A stretch of DNA of 64,000 nt, taken from Chiloscyllium plagiosum (lineage: Eukaryota). Numbering within the stretch: position 1 is the stretch's first letter; each line of letters opens with the position of its first letter. Below, piece by piece: positions 49,517-61,889 of this stretch. The stretch covers positions 57,365,023-57,429,022 of the forward strand of contig NC_057718.1 in the NCBI RefSeq assembly GCF_004010195.1, given 5' to 3'. The position numbers and the translations under genes were made by a program. Below the pieces are notes generated by a model. The model was not told the origin of the DNA. It saw nothing but the letters and a program-made list of their open reading frames with translations, and searched no databases.

Positions 49517-49602
49517 CCTGTATTCCTGATGAAGGGCTTTTGCCCGAAACGTCGGGCTCCTCGGATGCTGCCTGAACTGCTGTGCTCTTCCAGCACCACT
49601 AA
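49517..49602 (+). mobile_element. 86-bp Penelope-derived insertion with an intact hammerhead core
   Basis: CTGATGA-A-GGGC-tttt-GCCC-GAAA-CGTC at 49526-49553; TSD tccactccaagtatct at 49501-49516 and 49603-49618. Confidence 0.8.
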
Positions 49603-50716
49603 TCCACTCCAAGTATCTGACAGGGCATGTCCAAGCCTCTGAACTAAGATCAGGCAGTGCCTTTAATGGACTGGTGGGACCGACAGACTGACAACATGAG
49701 TTGATGGAGGACTGCTCCCCTTAGACATTGGGGCATAGTAATTTGGTTGAAGCACATGCAGTGTGTTTGCCGAATAAACTGCTGGAACAGGCTGCAGTTG
49801 TGACATGATGTAGCAAGGTGCCCTATAGCAACATGTCCACCCACTTTTCTATGTCGACACCCATGACAAGATGCCTAGCTTTGTGCTTGCCCTAAAAAAC
49901 AAGGCGAAACAGAAGCACAGTGAGCCTCTAGATCTGAATAATGCCACAATATGCAAAAAGGGAAAGCAAGACAAGGCAGTGATGCTGTGAATATCCAAGT
50001 AGGTGTGAAAAGATTGAGCACTTTGATAACAAACTAATAACCCTGAGATTCACCTTGTTCCAATGTATGTGGTAGGTGCTTGCCCCTGTATGCAGAATGG
50101 CTTGCAGCAATATTGCAGTGAGGTCCATTGTGCAGTTTGAAGTAGTCAACATTATTATAAGTGAATGCCACGTAGATGTAGAATGGTTAGTGTGTGTCCG
50201 ATGCCAATCACGTACCATCAAAAGACCACCATGGCAGTCAAGAGACTGTGTGGACTTCCTGTCTCGAGGTGATTCCTCACAGGGCATTAGGGACTTAAGA
50301 AAGACTGTGATGTTTGAACTTTCAGCTTTATTTCTTTGTTCTTCAACTTAAAACTAAGAAGGTCTGTGATATGTAACTTTTAACCTTACTTCATATGTTT
50401 TACATTATACTATAATTACTGCAATGTTTAACTTTTAACTTTGTTCTAAATAATACTGTACCTAGGTACTTGTACCTAAGATGGCGCCTTGTGTAGCGAC
50501 ATTATACACTTTTCATTGTACTCCTGTATTTTTGTACTTGAGTACATGTGACAATAAAATCAAAATCACCTTAGATGAAGAATGCAGGCAGTTGCTGCCC
50601 ATGGAACATGCTCTAAGATGTTGGGGAATGCTGGTGAAGATGAAAGCCTGAAGACTCAAGTGGTGAGCTGCAGACAGCAGGTACCTGCTCAGACTTTTGT
50701 ATTGAGAATTATTGAT

Positions 50717-52444
50717 TCGGAGAAAGTGAAGACTGCAGATGTTGGAGATGGCATCAAGAGTGTAGTGCTGAAAAGGCGCAGCAGGTCAGGCAGCATCCGA
50801 GGAGCAGGAGAATCGACGTTTTGGGCAAGAGCCCTTCATCAGGAATGAGGCTTGTGAGCCGAGGGCGTAGAGAGATAAATGGGGTTGGGGGGAAGGTAGA
50901 TAGATAGATGGAGGTGGGGGTAATGGCGATAGGCTAGAGAGGATTGTGGAGAAGGTAGGTGGGAAGGAAGATGGACAGGTCGGACTGTTCATGAGGGCGG
51001 TGCTGAGTTGGAACGTTGGAACTAAGATAAGGCGAGAGAAGGAAATGGGGAAACTAGTGAAGTCCACATTGATGCCATGTGATTGGAGTGTCATAAGACG
51101 GAAGATGAGGCGTTCTTCCTCCTGGCGTCGGGTGGTTAGGGTGTGGCAGTAGAGGAGGCTTCAACACTTGGCGGAGTTGAAGTGTTCGGCCACAGGCCGG
51201 TGGGGTTGGTTGGAGATATTCTTTTGAAGTGCTCTGCAAGTAGGCGTCCTGTCTCCCCAACGTAGAGGAGACTGCATCGGGAGCAACAGATACAGTAAGT
51301 GACGTGTGGAAGTGCAGGTGAAACATTGGATGTGGAAGGCTCTTTTGGGGCTTTGGATGGAGGTGACAGGGGAGGTGTGGGCACAGGTTTTGCAATTCCT
51401 GCGGTGGCAAGGGAAGGTGCTGCGAGGGGAGGGTGAGTTGGTGGGGAGCATGGACTTGGCAAGGGAATCGCGGAAGGAATGGTCTTTATGGAAAGCGGAT
51501 AGAGGAGGGAAATATATCTCTGGTGGTGGGGTCTGTTTGTAGGTGGCAAAAATGGCAGAGCATGATGCGTTGTATACGGAGGTTGGTGGGGTGGAAGGTG
51601 AGGACCAGGGGGGTTCTGTCCATGTTGCAGTTGGAAGGGTGGGGTTTGAGGGCGGAGGTGCGGAAATTGGATGAGATGAGCTGGAGGGCATCATCGACCA
51701 CATGGTAGATTGTGGTCTTTGAAGAAGAAGGCCATGTGGTGTGTTCTATGGTGGAACTGGTCTTACTGGGAGCAGATGCGGCGGTGGTGGAGGAACTGGG
51801 AATAAGTGATAGTGTTTTTACAAGAGACAGGTTGGGAGGAGGTGTAGTCGAAATAGCTGTGGGAGTCGGTGGGTTTGTAGAAGATGTCTGTGTTGAGTCA
51901 GTCACCATTAGTGGAGATGGAGAGGTCCAGGAAAGGGAAGGGAGGAGTCTGAGATGGTCCAGGTGAACTTTAGGTCGAGGTAAAATGTGTGGGTGAAGTT
52001 GATGAACTGTTCAACCTCCTTGTGGGAGCACGAAGTGGCCCTGATGCAGTTATCAATGTAGCGGAGGAAAAGGTGGGGAATGGTGCCAGTGTAACTGTGG
52101 AAGATGGACTGTTCCACATAACTGACAAAGAGACAGGCATAGCTGGGGTCCATGTGGGTGCCCATAGCTACCCCTTTCATCTGGAGGAAGTGGGAGGATT
52201 CAAAGGCGAAATTATTGAGGGTGACAGTCCATCACCGACCTATCACCATTACCCCCACCTCCTATCACACTCTCAGCTACCCTCCCCTCCCAGTCCCACC
52301 TCCCCCCCCCTCCCATTTATCTTTCTACCCCTTCGCTCACAAGCCTAATTTCTGATGAAGGACTCTTGCCCAAAACGTCGATTCTCCTGCTACTCGGATG
52401 CTGCCTGACCTGCTGTGCCTCTCTAGCACCACACGTTGGACTGG
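50717..52444 (-). mobile_element. Penelope-like retroelement (RT and GIY-YIG), 5'-truncated, with an inverted pseudo-LTR
   Basis: KGVAMGTHMDPSYACLF...FLRYIDNC (RT); YCICCSRCSLLYVGETGRLLAEHF (GIY-YIG); inverted terminal copy at about 52225-52440; TSD gaattattgat at 50706-50716 and 52445-52455. Confidence 0.92.
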
Positions 52445-52489
52445 GAATTATTGATGCCTAGTTTCTCTCACTGCCTAGAAAAATAGCAA

Positions 52490-53483
52490 GCTGCATATAA
52501 GTGAGGTGGTCCAACAGGTATGAGATTCTTGCTCCCTGTGTGGGCAAGGAAAAGGTCTGCGGGGAGGGTGAGCCAACTGACCATGGCACCACGGTGCAGA
52601 AGGCCATTCAAGAGAGGGGAGCAAAAAGACAAGTGGTAGTTATAGGGGATCCTATAATTAGGGGGACAGTATTGTTTGCGAGTCGGATTAGGAATCCCAC
52701 ATGATGTGTTGCCTGCCCAGTGCCAGGGTGCAGGATATCTCTGACTGGCTTGAAAGACCACTGGAGCGGGAGGGGCAGGATCCAGTTGTGGTCCACGTTG
52801 GGACTAACAACATAGGCAAGGGTAGGATGGGGACCTGTTTGAGGATTATCGAGCACTAGGAACACAGTTAAGGAACAGGTCCTCAAGGGTCATAATCTCC
52901 AGCTTATTGCCTGAGCCATGTGCAAATTGACTTCGGGACAAGAAAATTAGGGAAGTAAACATATGGCTAAGGGAATGGTGTGGGAAAAAGGGGTTCCATT
53001 TCATGGGGCATTGGCATCAGATTTGGATCCGGGGGATCTGTATCAATGGGACAGTTTCCACCTGAACCGATCTGGAATCAGTGTTCTAGCGAAAAGGATA
53101 AACAGGGTGGTCACTACGACTTTAAACTTGTAACTCGAGGAGAAAGGGAAAGGGAAAGCAACAGGAAATACGGTGATAAATGAAAAGGTAAGTAGCAGGT
53201 TAGTATGTATGCAGGAGGGTTTAAGTTCAGGGCAGACTATGAAAGAAGCAAAAATGAAGGATAACTCAGGAGATATTAGAAATGTTGTGAATCATGACGG
53301 TAAAAAAACTGGCAGAAAGGCACTTTACCTGAATGCTTGTAGCATTCGTAACAAGGTTGATGAGTTAATGGCACAAATCATTGTGAACGAATATGATTTG
53401 ATAGCCATCACGGATATATGGTTGCAGAATGGTCATGACTGGGAATTAAATATCTAGGCATACCAGACTATTTGGAAGGACAG
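52490..53483 (+). mobile_element. CR1 ORF1 fragment and start of ORF2 endonuclease
   Basis: NRYEIL, VVVIGDPIIRG (SGNH esterase-like), LYLNACSIRNKVDEL...YDLIAITDIWL. Confidence 0.85.
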
Positions 53484-53519
53484 CTCTATGACTCTACCAT
53501 ATTGGTGCCAATGCCCAAT

Positions 53520-56500
53520 AAACACAGAAACAGACCCATCGGTCCAATCCCTCCATGCCGACCAGATATCCCAACCTAATCTAGTCCCAACTGCCAGCAC
53601 CCGGCCCATATCCCTCCAAACCCTTCTGATTCATTTACCCATCTAAATGCATCTTAAATGTTGCAATTATACCAGCATCCACCACTTCCTCTGGCAGGTC
53701 ATTCCACACATGTACCTCCCTCTGCGTGAAAAAGTTGCCCCTTAGGTCTCTTTTATATCTTTCCCTTCTCACCCTAAACCTACGCCCTCTAGTTCTGGAC
53801 TCCCCCACCCCAGGGAAAAGACTTTGTTTATTTATCCTATCCATGCCCCTCTATAAAGTCACCCTTCAGTCTCCGACGCTCCAGGTTTCCTTTCCCAAAA
53901 TGCAGCACATTTCATTCATCTGAATTAAACTCCATCTGCCACTTCTCAGCCTATTGGCCCGTCTGATCATGATCCCATTGTAATCTGAGGTAACCTTCTT
54001 TGCTGTCCACTACTCCTCCAATTTTGGTGTTATCTGCAAACTTACTAACTATACCTCTTATGCTCACATCCAAATCATTTATATAAATGATGAAAAGTAG
54101 TGGATCCAGGTTCCTTGTGGCACTCCACTGCTCACAGGCCTCCAGTCTGAAAAGCAACCCTCCACCAACACCCTCTGTCTTCTACCTTTGAGCCAGTTCT
54201 GTATCCAAATGGTTAGTTCTCCCTGTATTCCATGAGATCTAACCTTGCTAACTAGTCTCCCATGGGGAACCTTGTCGAACGTCTTGCTGAAGTCCATATA
54301 GATCATATCTACCACACTGCCCTCCTCAATCCTCTTTGTTATTTCGTCAAAAAACTCAATCAACTTTGTGAGACTTGATTTCCCATGCACAAAGCCATGT
54401 TGACTCTCCCTATTAAGTCCTTGCCTTTCCAAATACATGTACATCCTGTCCCTCAGGATTTCATCCAACAATTTGCCCACCATTGACGTCAGGCTCACTA
54501 GTCTATAGTTCCCTGACTTGTCCTTACCACCCTTCTTAAATAGTGGCACCACGTTAGCCAACCTCTAGTCTTCTGGCACCTCACCTGTGCCTATCGATGA
54601 TACAAATGTTTCAGTAAGAGACCCAGCAATCCCTTCCCTAGCTTCCCACAGAGTTCTCGGGTACAGCGAATTTATCCACTTTTGTGCATTTCAAGACATC
54701 TAGCACTTCCTCCTCTGTAACATGGACATTTTTAAAGATGTCACCATCTATTTCCCTGCATTCTATAACTACCATGTACTTTTCCACAGTAAATACAGAT
54801 GCCAAATACTCGTTTAGTATCTCCCCCATTTTCTGACGCTCCACACAAAGGCTGCCTTGCTGATCTTTGAGAGGCCCTATTCTCTCCCTAGTTACTCTTT
54901 TGTCTTTAATGTATTTGTAAAGACCCTTTGGATTATCCTTAATTCTATTTGCCAAAGCTATCTCATGTCCCTTTTTTGCCCTCCTGATTTCCCTCTTAAG
55001 TATACTCTTACTGCCTTTATACTCTTCTCAGGATTCACTCGATCTGTCCATACCTGACATATGCTTCTTTCGTTTTTGTAACCATACCCTCAATTTCTTT
55101 AGTCATCCAGCATTCCCTTTACCTACCAGCCTTCCCTTTCACCCTAACAGGAATATACTTGCTCTGGACTCTCGTTCTCTTATTTCTGAAGGCTTCCCAT
55201 TTTTCAGCCTTTACCTGCGAAAAAGGTAAAGGGAATATCACCCAATCAGCTTTTGGAAGTTCTTGCCTAATAGCAATTTCTTTTTCCAATTTAGAATTTC
55301 AGCTTTTAGATCTGGTTTATCCTTTTCCATCATTATTTTAAATCTAATAGAATTATGGTCGCTGGCCCCAAAGTGCCCCCCCCCCCCCCCCCTGACACCT
55401 CAGTCACCTGCCCTACCTTATTTCCCAAGAGTAGGTCAAGTTTTGCACCTTCTCTACTAGGTACATCCACGTACTGAATCAGAAAATGTTCTTGCACATA
55501 CTTAACAAATCCTCTCCATCTAAACCCTTAACACTATGGCAGTCCCAGTCTCTGTTTGGAAAGTTAAAATCACCTACCATAACCACCGTATTATTCTTAC
55601 TGATAACTGAGATCTCCTTACAAATTTGTTTCTCAATTTCCCTCTGACAATTATGGGTCTATAACACCATCCCAATAAGATGATCATCACTTTCTTATTC
55701 CTCAGCTCCATCCAAATAACTTCTCTGGATGTATTTCCGGGAATATCACCCCTCAGTACAGCTGTAATTCTATCCCTTATCAAAAACATCACTCCTCCTC
55801 CACTCTTGCCTCCCTTTCTATCCTTCCTATAGCATTTGTATCCTGGAACATTAAGCTGTCAGTCCTGCCCATCCCTGAGCCATGTTTCATAAATGCTATG
55901 TTATCCCAGTCCCATGTTCCTAACAATGCCCTGAGTTCATCTGCCTTCCCTGTTAGGCCCCTTGCAGCCAGTATATTAGTCCCCTTCCAATTCAGGTGCA
56001 ATCCGTCCTTCTTGTATAGGTCACTTGTACCCCAAAAGAGATTCCAATGATCCAAAAGTGTGAATCCTTCTCCCATACACCAGCTCCTCAGCCATGCATT
56101 CATCTGCTCTATCTTCCTATTCTTGCCTTCACTAGCTCTTAGCACCAGGAGTAATCCAGATATTACTACTCTTGAGGACCTCCTTTTTAAATTCCTGCCT
56201 AACTCTCTGTAATCTCCCTTCAGAATCTCAACCTTTTCCTTACTATGTTGTTGGTTCCAATGTGTACAATGACCTCCTGCTGGCCCCTCTCCCCTTTGAG
56301 AACATTCTGCACCGTCTCTGAGACATCCTTGATCCTGGCACTAGGGAAGCAACACACCATTCTGATTTTTCGCTGCTGGCCACAGAAACGTCAGTCTGTA
56401 CCTTGGTCTCGAGAATCCCCTAACACAATTGATCTCTTGGAACCCGACGTACTCCTCATTGCGTTAGAGCCAATCTCAAAACCAAAAGCTTGGCTGTTCG

Positions 56501-57050
56501 TGCTACATTCCCTTGAGAATCCATCACCCCCACATTTTCCAAAACAGCATACTTGTTTGAAATGGTGATAGCCACAGAAAACTCCTGCACTAACTGCCTA
56601 CCTCTCTTATCTTTCCTGGAGTTAATGCATCTACGTGACTGTATCTGTAACTTTCCCCCCTTCCTATTACTGCCATCCATCACATCCCTTGCTCTTGTAA
56701 ATTCCTCATTGCCTCTAACTGTCTTTCCAACCGATCCATTTGATCTGATAGGATTCGCAACCAATGGCATTTATTGCAGATATACTCCTCTGTAACTCAT
56801 AAACTCTCCCTAAACTCCCATATCTGACAAGAAGAGCATATCACTCTTCTAAAAGCCATTTTTGCTCCTTCACAATCTACAGACCCAGAAAATAACACTA
56901 TCTTATTCCTCTGCAAAACACTGCTCCAGTTTAAACTAATAGTTATGGCTTATATTTTAAGTTTAATCAAAAGACATATCTCAATAAAACATATAATTAA
57001 GAAAGAATCCACTCTACTCACTACTGCAGACTTACTGTAAGTCCAGGCTT
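53520..57050 (-). mobile_element. Near-full-length CR1 LINE (ORF1 zinc finger/esterase, ORF2 EN-RT) with internal deletions
   Basis: ORF1 ATG at about 56858 (VICSSCQIWE...CNKC; NKYAVL; DGLHLNWKGT); RT QHGFVHGKS, YMDFSKTFDKV, KFADNTK; 3' UTR. Confidence 0.93.
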
Positions 57051-58626
57051 AAATATTCACTTCTGTTTCTGTTCTGTGACTTCTCCCAAACAGGTTCCTC
57101 CAAGATTAGTTGTGAATTTCACTGTTTGTTAATTTTCCCAGACTCACTCTGATGTCCAGCGATACGTGAAATCAAACAGCAAAGGCAGTAACTATGCAGG
57201 TCTGCCAAAACAACAGTGCAGACATCAACGATTTTCAATAGGTTTTGCATTTTTTCGCATGTTTGTTGCTCATCTCTCATTGCCTTTCAAAAAGTAGTGG
57301 TGAACTGCCTTCTCGCACACTGCAGTCCAACTGATGTGGGCACATCCGGAGTGCTTGGAGAAAAAGAGTTTCAAGTTTATTGACCCAGCAATTGTGAAAG
57401 GGCCACAAGATAATTCCAAGTCAGGATAGTGTAAGCCTTGAAAGGGAAACAGTGGGTAGCATTTTTCCCCATATTTGTTAATGGGATATAGTCAGTGCTG
57501 GCTAGGGCAGCATTAATTGTCCTTGCCTAATTACCCAGAGGGCAATTAAGTGTCACCTACATTGCTGTGGATCTAGTAACATGTTGGTTAGACCAGAAAG
57601 GTTAGTAGATTTCCTTCCCTAGTGAACCAGGTGGGTTTCTACAAGAATTGACAGTGGTCACATAGTTGCCATTAGACTAAGCTTTGTATTCCAGATTTTT
57701 ATTAATTTCAAATTTCTGCATCTATCATGGTGGGATTCAAACTCAGAAAGGTGGTGTACCCATATATCTGCTGCCCTTGTTCTTCAAGGTGGTAGAGATT
57801 GTTGGTTTGGAATGTTCTGTCAAAGGAAACTTGATGACTTGCTTCAGTGTATCTTGTGCATAATAAACACTGCTTCCACTGTGCACTGGTGATGGGGTGA
57901 AAGTTAAATGGGCTGATATATCCTGGATGTTTTTGAGCTTCTTGTGTGCAGCTGCATCAACAACCCTATGTAGAGGATTACATCACAATAATGATTTGTT
58001 CCTTGTAGTTGGTGGGTGAGCTCTAAGGAGGTGTACTCTGCATCTCAGAATTCCCAGATTCTGCCTTCCCATCACAGTCACAGTATTTGCAAGGCTGGTT
58101 TAATTCAGTTTCTGATCAGTGATAACTTCTAGGATGTTGATATAATTGGCTTGTGGGATTCACTATTTTTAAATTCTATCAGTTTATAAAATAATTTAAC
58201 AAACTACTTCATTAATATATACAGGAAAATCTGCAAATTGATTACACACATTATACCTTTGTGAACGCCTGTAGTAAGATTTGGTGAACTCTTGCAATAA
58301 AAGTAATAACCTCTTGTTATAATGTGATGAACTCTATTTCTATGACTCTAAATGTCTTATGTATGGTGCTATAGTAACCAAGTTCATTTAAAATGATAAC
58401 AATATTCTTTCTTTTAAAAACTCACATCTATGAAGAAAGAAGGGTTTTGGGATTAATTCTGGGGAATGTGGGGAAATTCAGGTTAATTTTGTGGTGATCC
58501 TAGAATCCTAAGAGAATCTGATCCAGCGGGGTCTAGTAGTTTCGGCAGGAAGTCAGAGATTTGTAATGGTGGTGAAAAGGGTAGAGGTATGTGGACTGGA
58601 GGGGATGGAGTCAGAGACCTGTGCAG

Positions 58627-58940
58627 ATTAGATTACTTACAGTGTGGAAACAGGCCTTTTAGCCCAACAAGTCCACACCGACCCTCCGAAGAGCAATCCA
58701 CGCAGACCCATTCCCCTACATTTACCCCTTCACCTAACACTACAGGCAATTTAGCATGGCCAATTCACCTAACCTACACATTTTTAGACTGTGGGAGGAA
58801 ACCGGGGCACCCGGTGGAAACCCACGCAGACACGGGGAGAATATACAAACTTCACACAGACATTTGCCTGAGTTGGGAATTGAACCCGGCTCTTTGGCAC
58901 TGTGAGGCAGCAGTGCTAACCACTGTGCCACCGTGCCACC
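58627..58940 (-). mobile_element. Full-length V-SINE (HE1-like)
   Basis: Head ggtggcacggtggcacagtggttagc, B box gggttcaattccc, V-domain, tail. Confidence 0.88.
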
Positions 58941-60564
58941 CAGAAAGGAGATTGAAATTTGTGGTGGCTGGGTGGACGTATGAGGAGGAAGAGTGATGAG
59001 TGTCACACGCATCTGGGGGAATTGGATACCTGAGAATAGCATTGGAGGCTTTGGTGAATGCAGATCAGAGAAGTTCAGATAGATAGGGAGTGTCAAACCT
59101 TGGGGATGGGGGTTTGGAGACCTCAGGGAGGTTGGTGGTATTGTGTAACTGCCTGGTTACTGGTTTCTGACTGCTGAAGGTTAAAGCTTAGATGGGGTGT
59201 AAAAATAAGGCTCAGCAACCCCAGTACAATGTTTAAAGTACCAGCCACCTTCCTGGGAATGTGTCAACTTATTGCAGGTGCCCAAGCTGCATCAGCCATT
59301 AGTAAAATGGACAGGTTTGGATCAGTATTCATATTTTTAAAGCTCTAATTTCTGACCTGACCGAAACCCATTGATCTTTTGGGGTTAAAATTCTCCTGTA
59401 TAATTCTGATTGTAATTGTTGAACTGTCCCATTGAGTCTCCTTCAGATCTCACCTCCTATCTCCTATACCACACCAAAACAACACATTCAATACCTCAGA
59501 TTTTATCTCATTTTCTCCAGTGGTTATAGACATTGATCAATAATTTCAAATTTTGTTGTTTCCCTGGTAGATTATCCTAAAAAGTATTCATGTATTTTCA
59601 TTTGTTTTCTTTTTTATGGAATAATAAAAACTTGTATAAATTTATTTTCTTTATATTTCAGATGGTTGTCTACCCATTACATGTTAAATTGGCAATGTAT
59701 ATTTCATTCAAAGATTTTAGAATCTAATACTGTTATGTGTTGTTAAACCCAATAACTGCTTCTCCACCTGTTATTTTTCCTGTTTTGCTTGGCCCTCTCT
59801 ATCCCTTCACCAGAACTGAAATGATGAAACATTAATTATGCTGTCTATTTTACCAGTAGTTATCCCTCCATTACAATTGTTCTGAAACTGCCATCTTTCA
59901 TAAATGCACTTTTGTTTTCCTCAGCTGAAAATTTGCCTTCACCATGGTTGACAGCCATGTCTGTTCCAATCCTCAGTCACTTCCAACAACCATTTACCTG
60001 CTCAAACCACCTGCCACAAGTATAAAAGATACAAACCCTCGTTTCTGTCTTTTCATTTCTCTCTGTCCGGGATCCTAACATTTTCTTTCAGTTGTAAACG
60101 AGTTGAACTTCTTTTTAATATGCTGCATTCATCGCTATGGCGTGATCTCTTTTACATCAAAAATATTAAATGCAAGTTATGTGTTTGCTTTATAGAACAC
60201 CTCTGTTTGAACTGTAAATCTAATTGTGAACTCTCTGTCATGTTCCTTTAATTCTTTTGCATATACTGAGTCTGACCTCTCTGTATTCAGCCCCTACACT
60301 TTTTCACTAACTTCAATGTAAGCTAGAGCTGCAGCCTTTCGGACTTAACATTAAATACTACAAATCCACATGATGACTTCTCTCCTTTTATTGGGTAAAA
60401 TTGTTGGTAATTATTTTGCATTTTCCATTTACATCTCTTTCAAATCCATATGTTGGTTCTTTACTTGCTTTGGTAGCATCCATCTTAATCTTGCACCTAT
60501 TTTGTAATTTAATCTCATGTATCTTTGACTCTCTCACAGATCCACTTATTGTTCTTTCTTCACC

Positions 60565-60619
60565 TCCCCTTTTTCTGCTTAGATTCTTGCTTCCCCTTTT
60601 TCTGCTTAGATTCTTGCTT
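60565..60619. repeat. 27-bp exact tandem duplication
   Basis: tcccctttttctgcttagattcttgct x2. Confidence 0.9.
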
Positions 60620-61889
60620 AAAGCCAGATAGATCTCGAACTTTCAAATCAGCCTGAAATGTAACTGTTTCTCACTTCATAGTTGCTGTGTGGCTTGCTGA
60701 GTGTGAACAACATTTTCTGTTTATATTTCAGATTTCCAGCATCTGCTGTATTCTATTATTGTATTAATTTCTCATTCATCTTTTGAATGCTGACAAAACC
60801 TTTACAAATTTCTAGTTTTCTCCCAGAATTACAAAAGTGTGCTTTTGGTTTTGCCATGACTTTGTTTTTACCACCAGTCATGAGTCACAATTTTCATAAA
60901 TGTATTTACCAGAGGACATGGAAAAAATGCATCAAAATCTGAATGCTTCATGCAATCCATTCTCTTTTACCCCTTTGACAAAGTATATTTACTATCAGCA
61001 TTTGATTAAGACCAGCTACACAGACTTTGTAATTTAGCACGATCTTGGTTTGCAAAAGTTCTTATTCATGTAACCTTCATGCAACACCACCCCCACCAGC
61101 CCCTCCTGTTGTGAGAAGTTACAGAATTTTCCAACCCTTCCATTACGCTGTATTGTGTGGTTCTTCTGCAGTCATATCTCCAAGGAATTAAACAATCTTA
61201 ACACATTGCATAATGATGAACATGCCCAGAGTGCACATCACTCACATTGCCTCGAGGGATGTCGCAGCATGCCAACTTGGAAAAATGTAAAGAGAACACA
61301 ATCTGAAAACTATGACCTAGGGCAGGAGTGCTTGATCTCTGGGAAGCTATAATATAATTTTTTTTATTTTTAAAAAAGCTTTTTTTTTTAAGCATTGAAA
61401 GCAAAATCCCAAGTGTTCTGCAAAATTTCATAACCACGCCTTGAAACTTCCTTAAGGATAGAAATAAATGCAGTTATACAACTTGCCTGGATGTTGCCCT
61501 CTCCACCTTAAGAGAAACAAGTGAACCTGAGCAGTTTTTAATTTTGGAGAATACTTAAAAGGTTTGTCTACGCCTAGGGAACATGTATAAAAAAATCTGT
61601 TCCGTCAATGGCGCAAAGGAGAATTAAAACTTTTAAATGATTGAGTGCCCTGCTGAGTAAAACACTTTAGGCTGGATACACTGAACTGATGAATTTAGTG
61701 TGTTATTGTGCATAAACAGATTGAGTTCTCCATGTTTGTGCATCATCACAATTTGCTACAGAATGAGAAACAGGTAAAACACGTTTACACTGATATATTC
61801 GGGCTGAACCCGAGACACTACACGTGTAGTGTCTCCCACCCGTCCTCCTTCTTTAAACAAAATAAAAGAAGATTTGGTGTTAGTTTTTA

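Noticed and set aside
50370..50570. AATAAA-ending segment as a host gene 3' UTR
   Set aside because: Ends in a short aaatca repeat and looks like a LINE 3' tail; family not assignable.
59400..61880. Repeat-poor stretch, possible exons of a neighbouring gene or conserved non-coding elements (also 29970-30400)
   Set aside because: No recognisable coding similarity or consistent splice signals; needs cross-species alignment.
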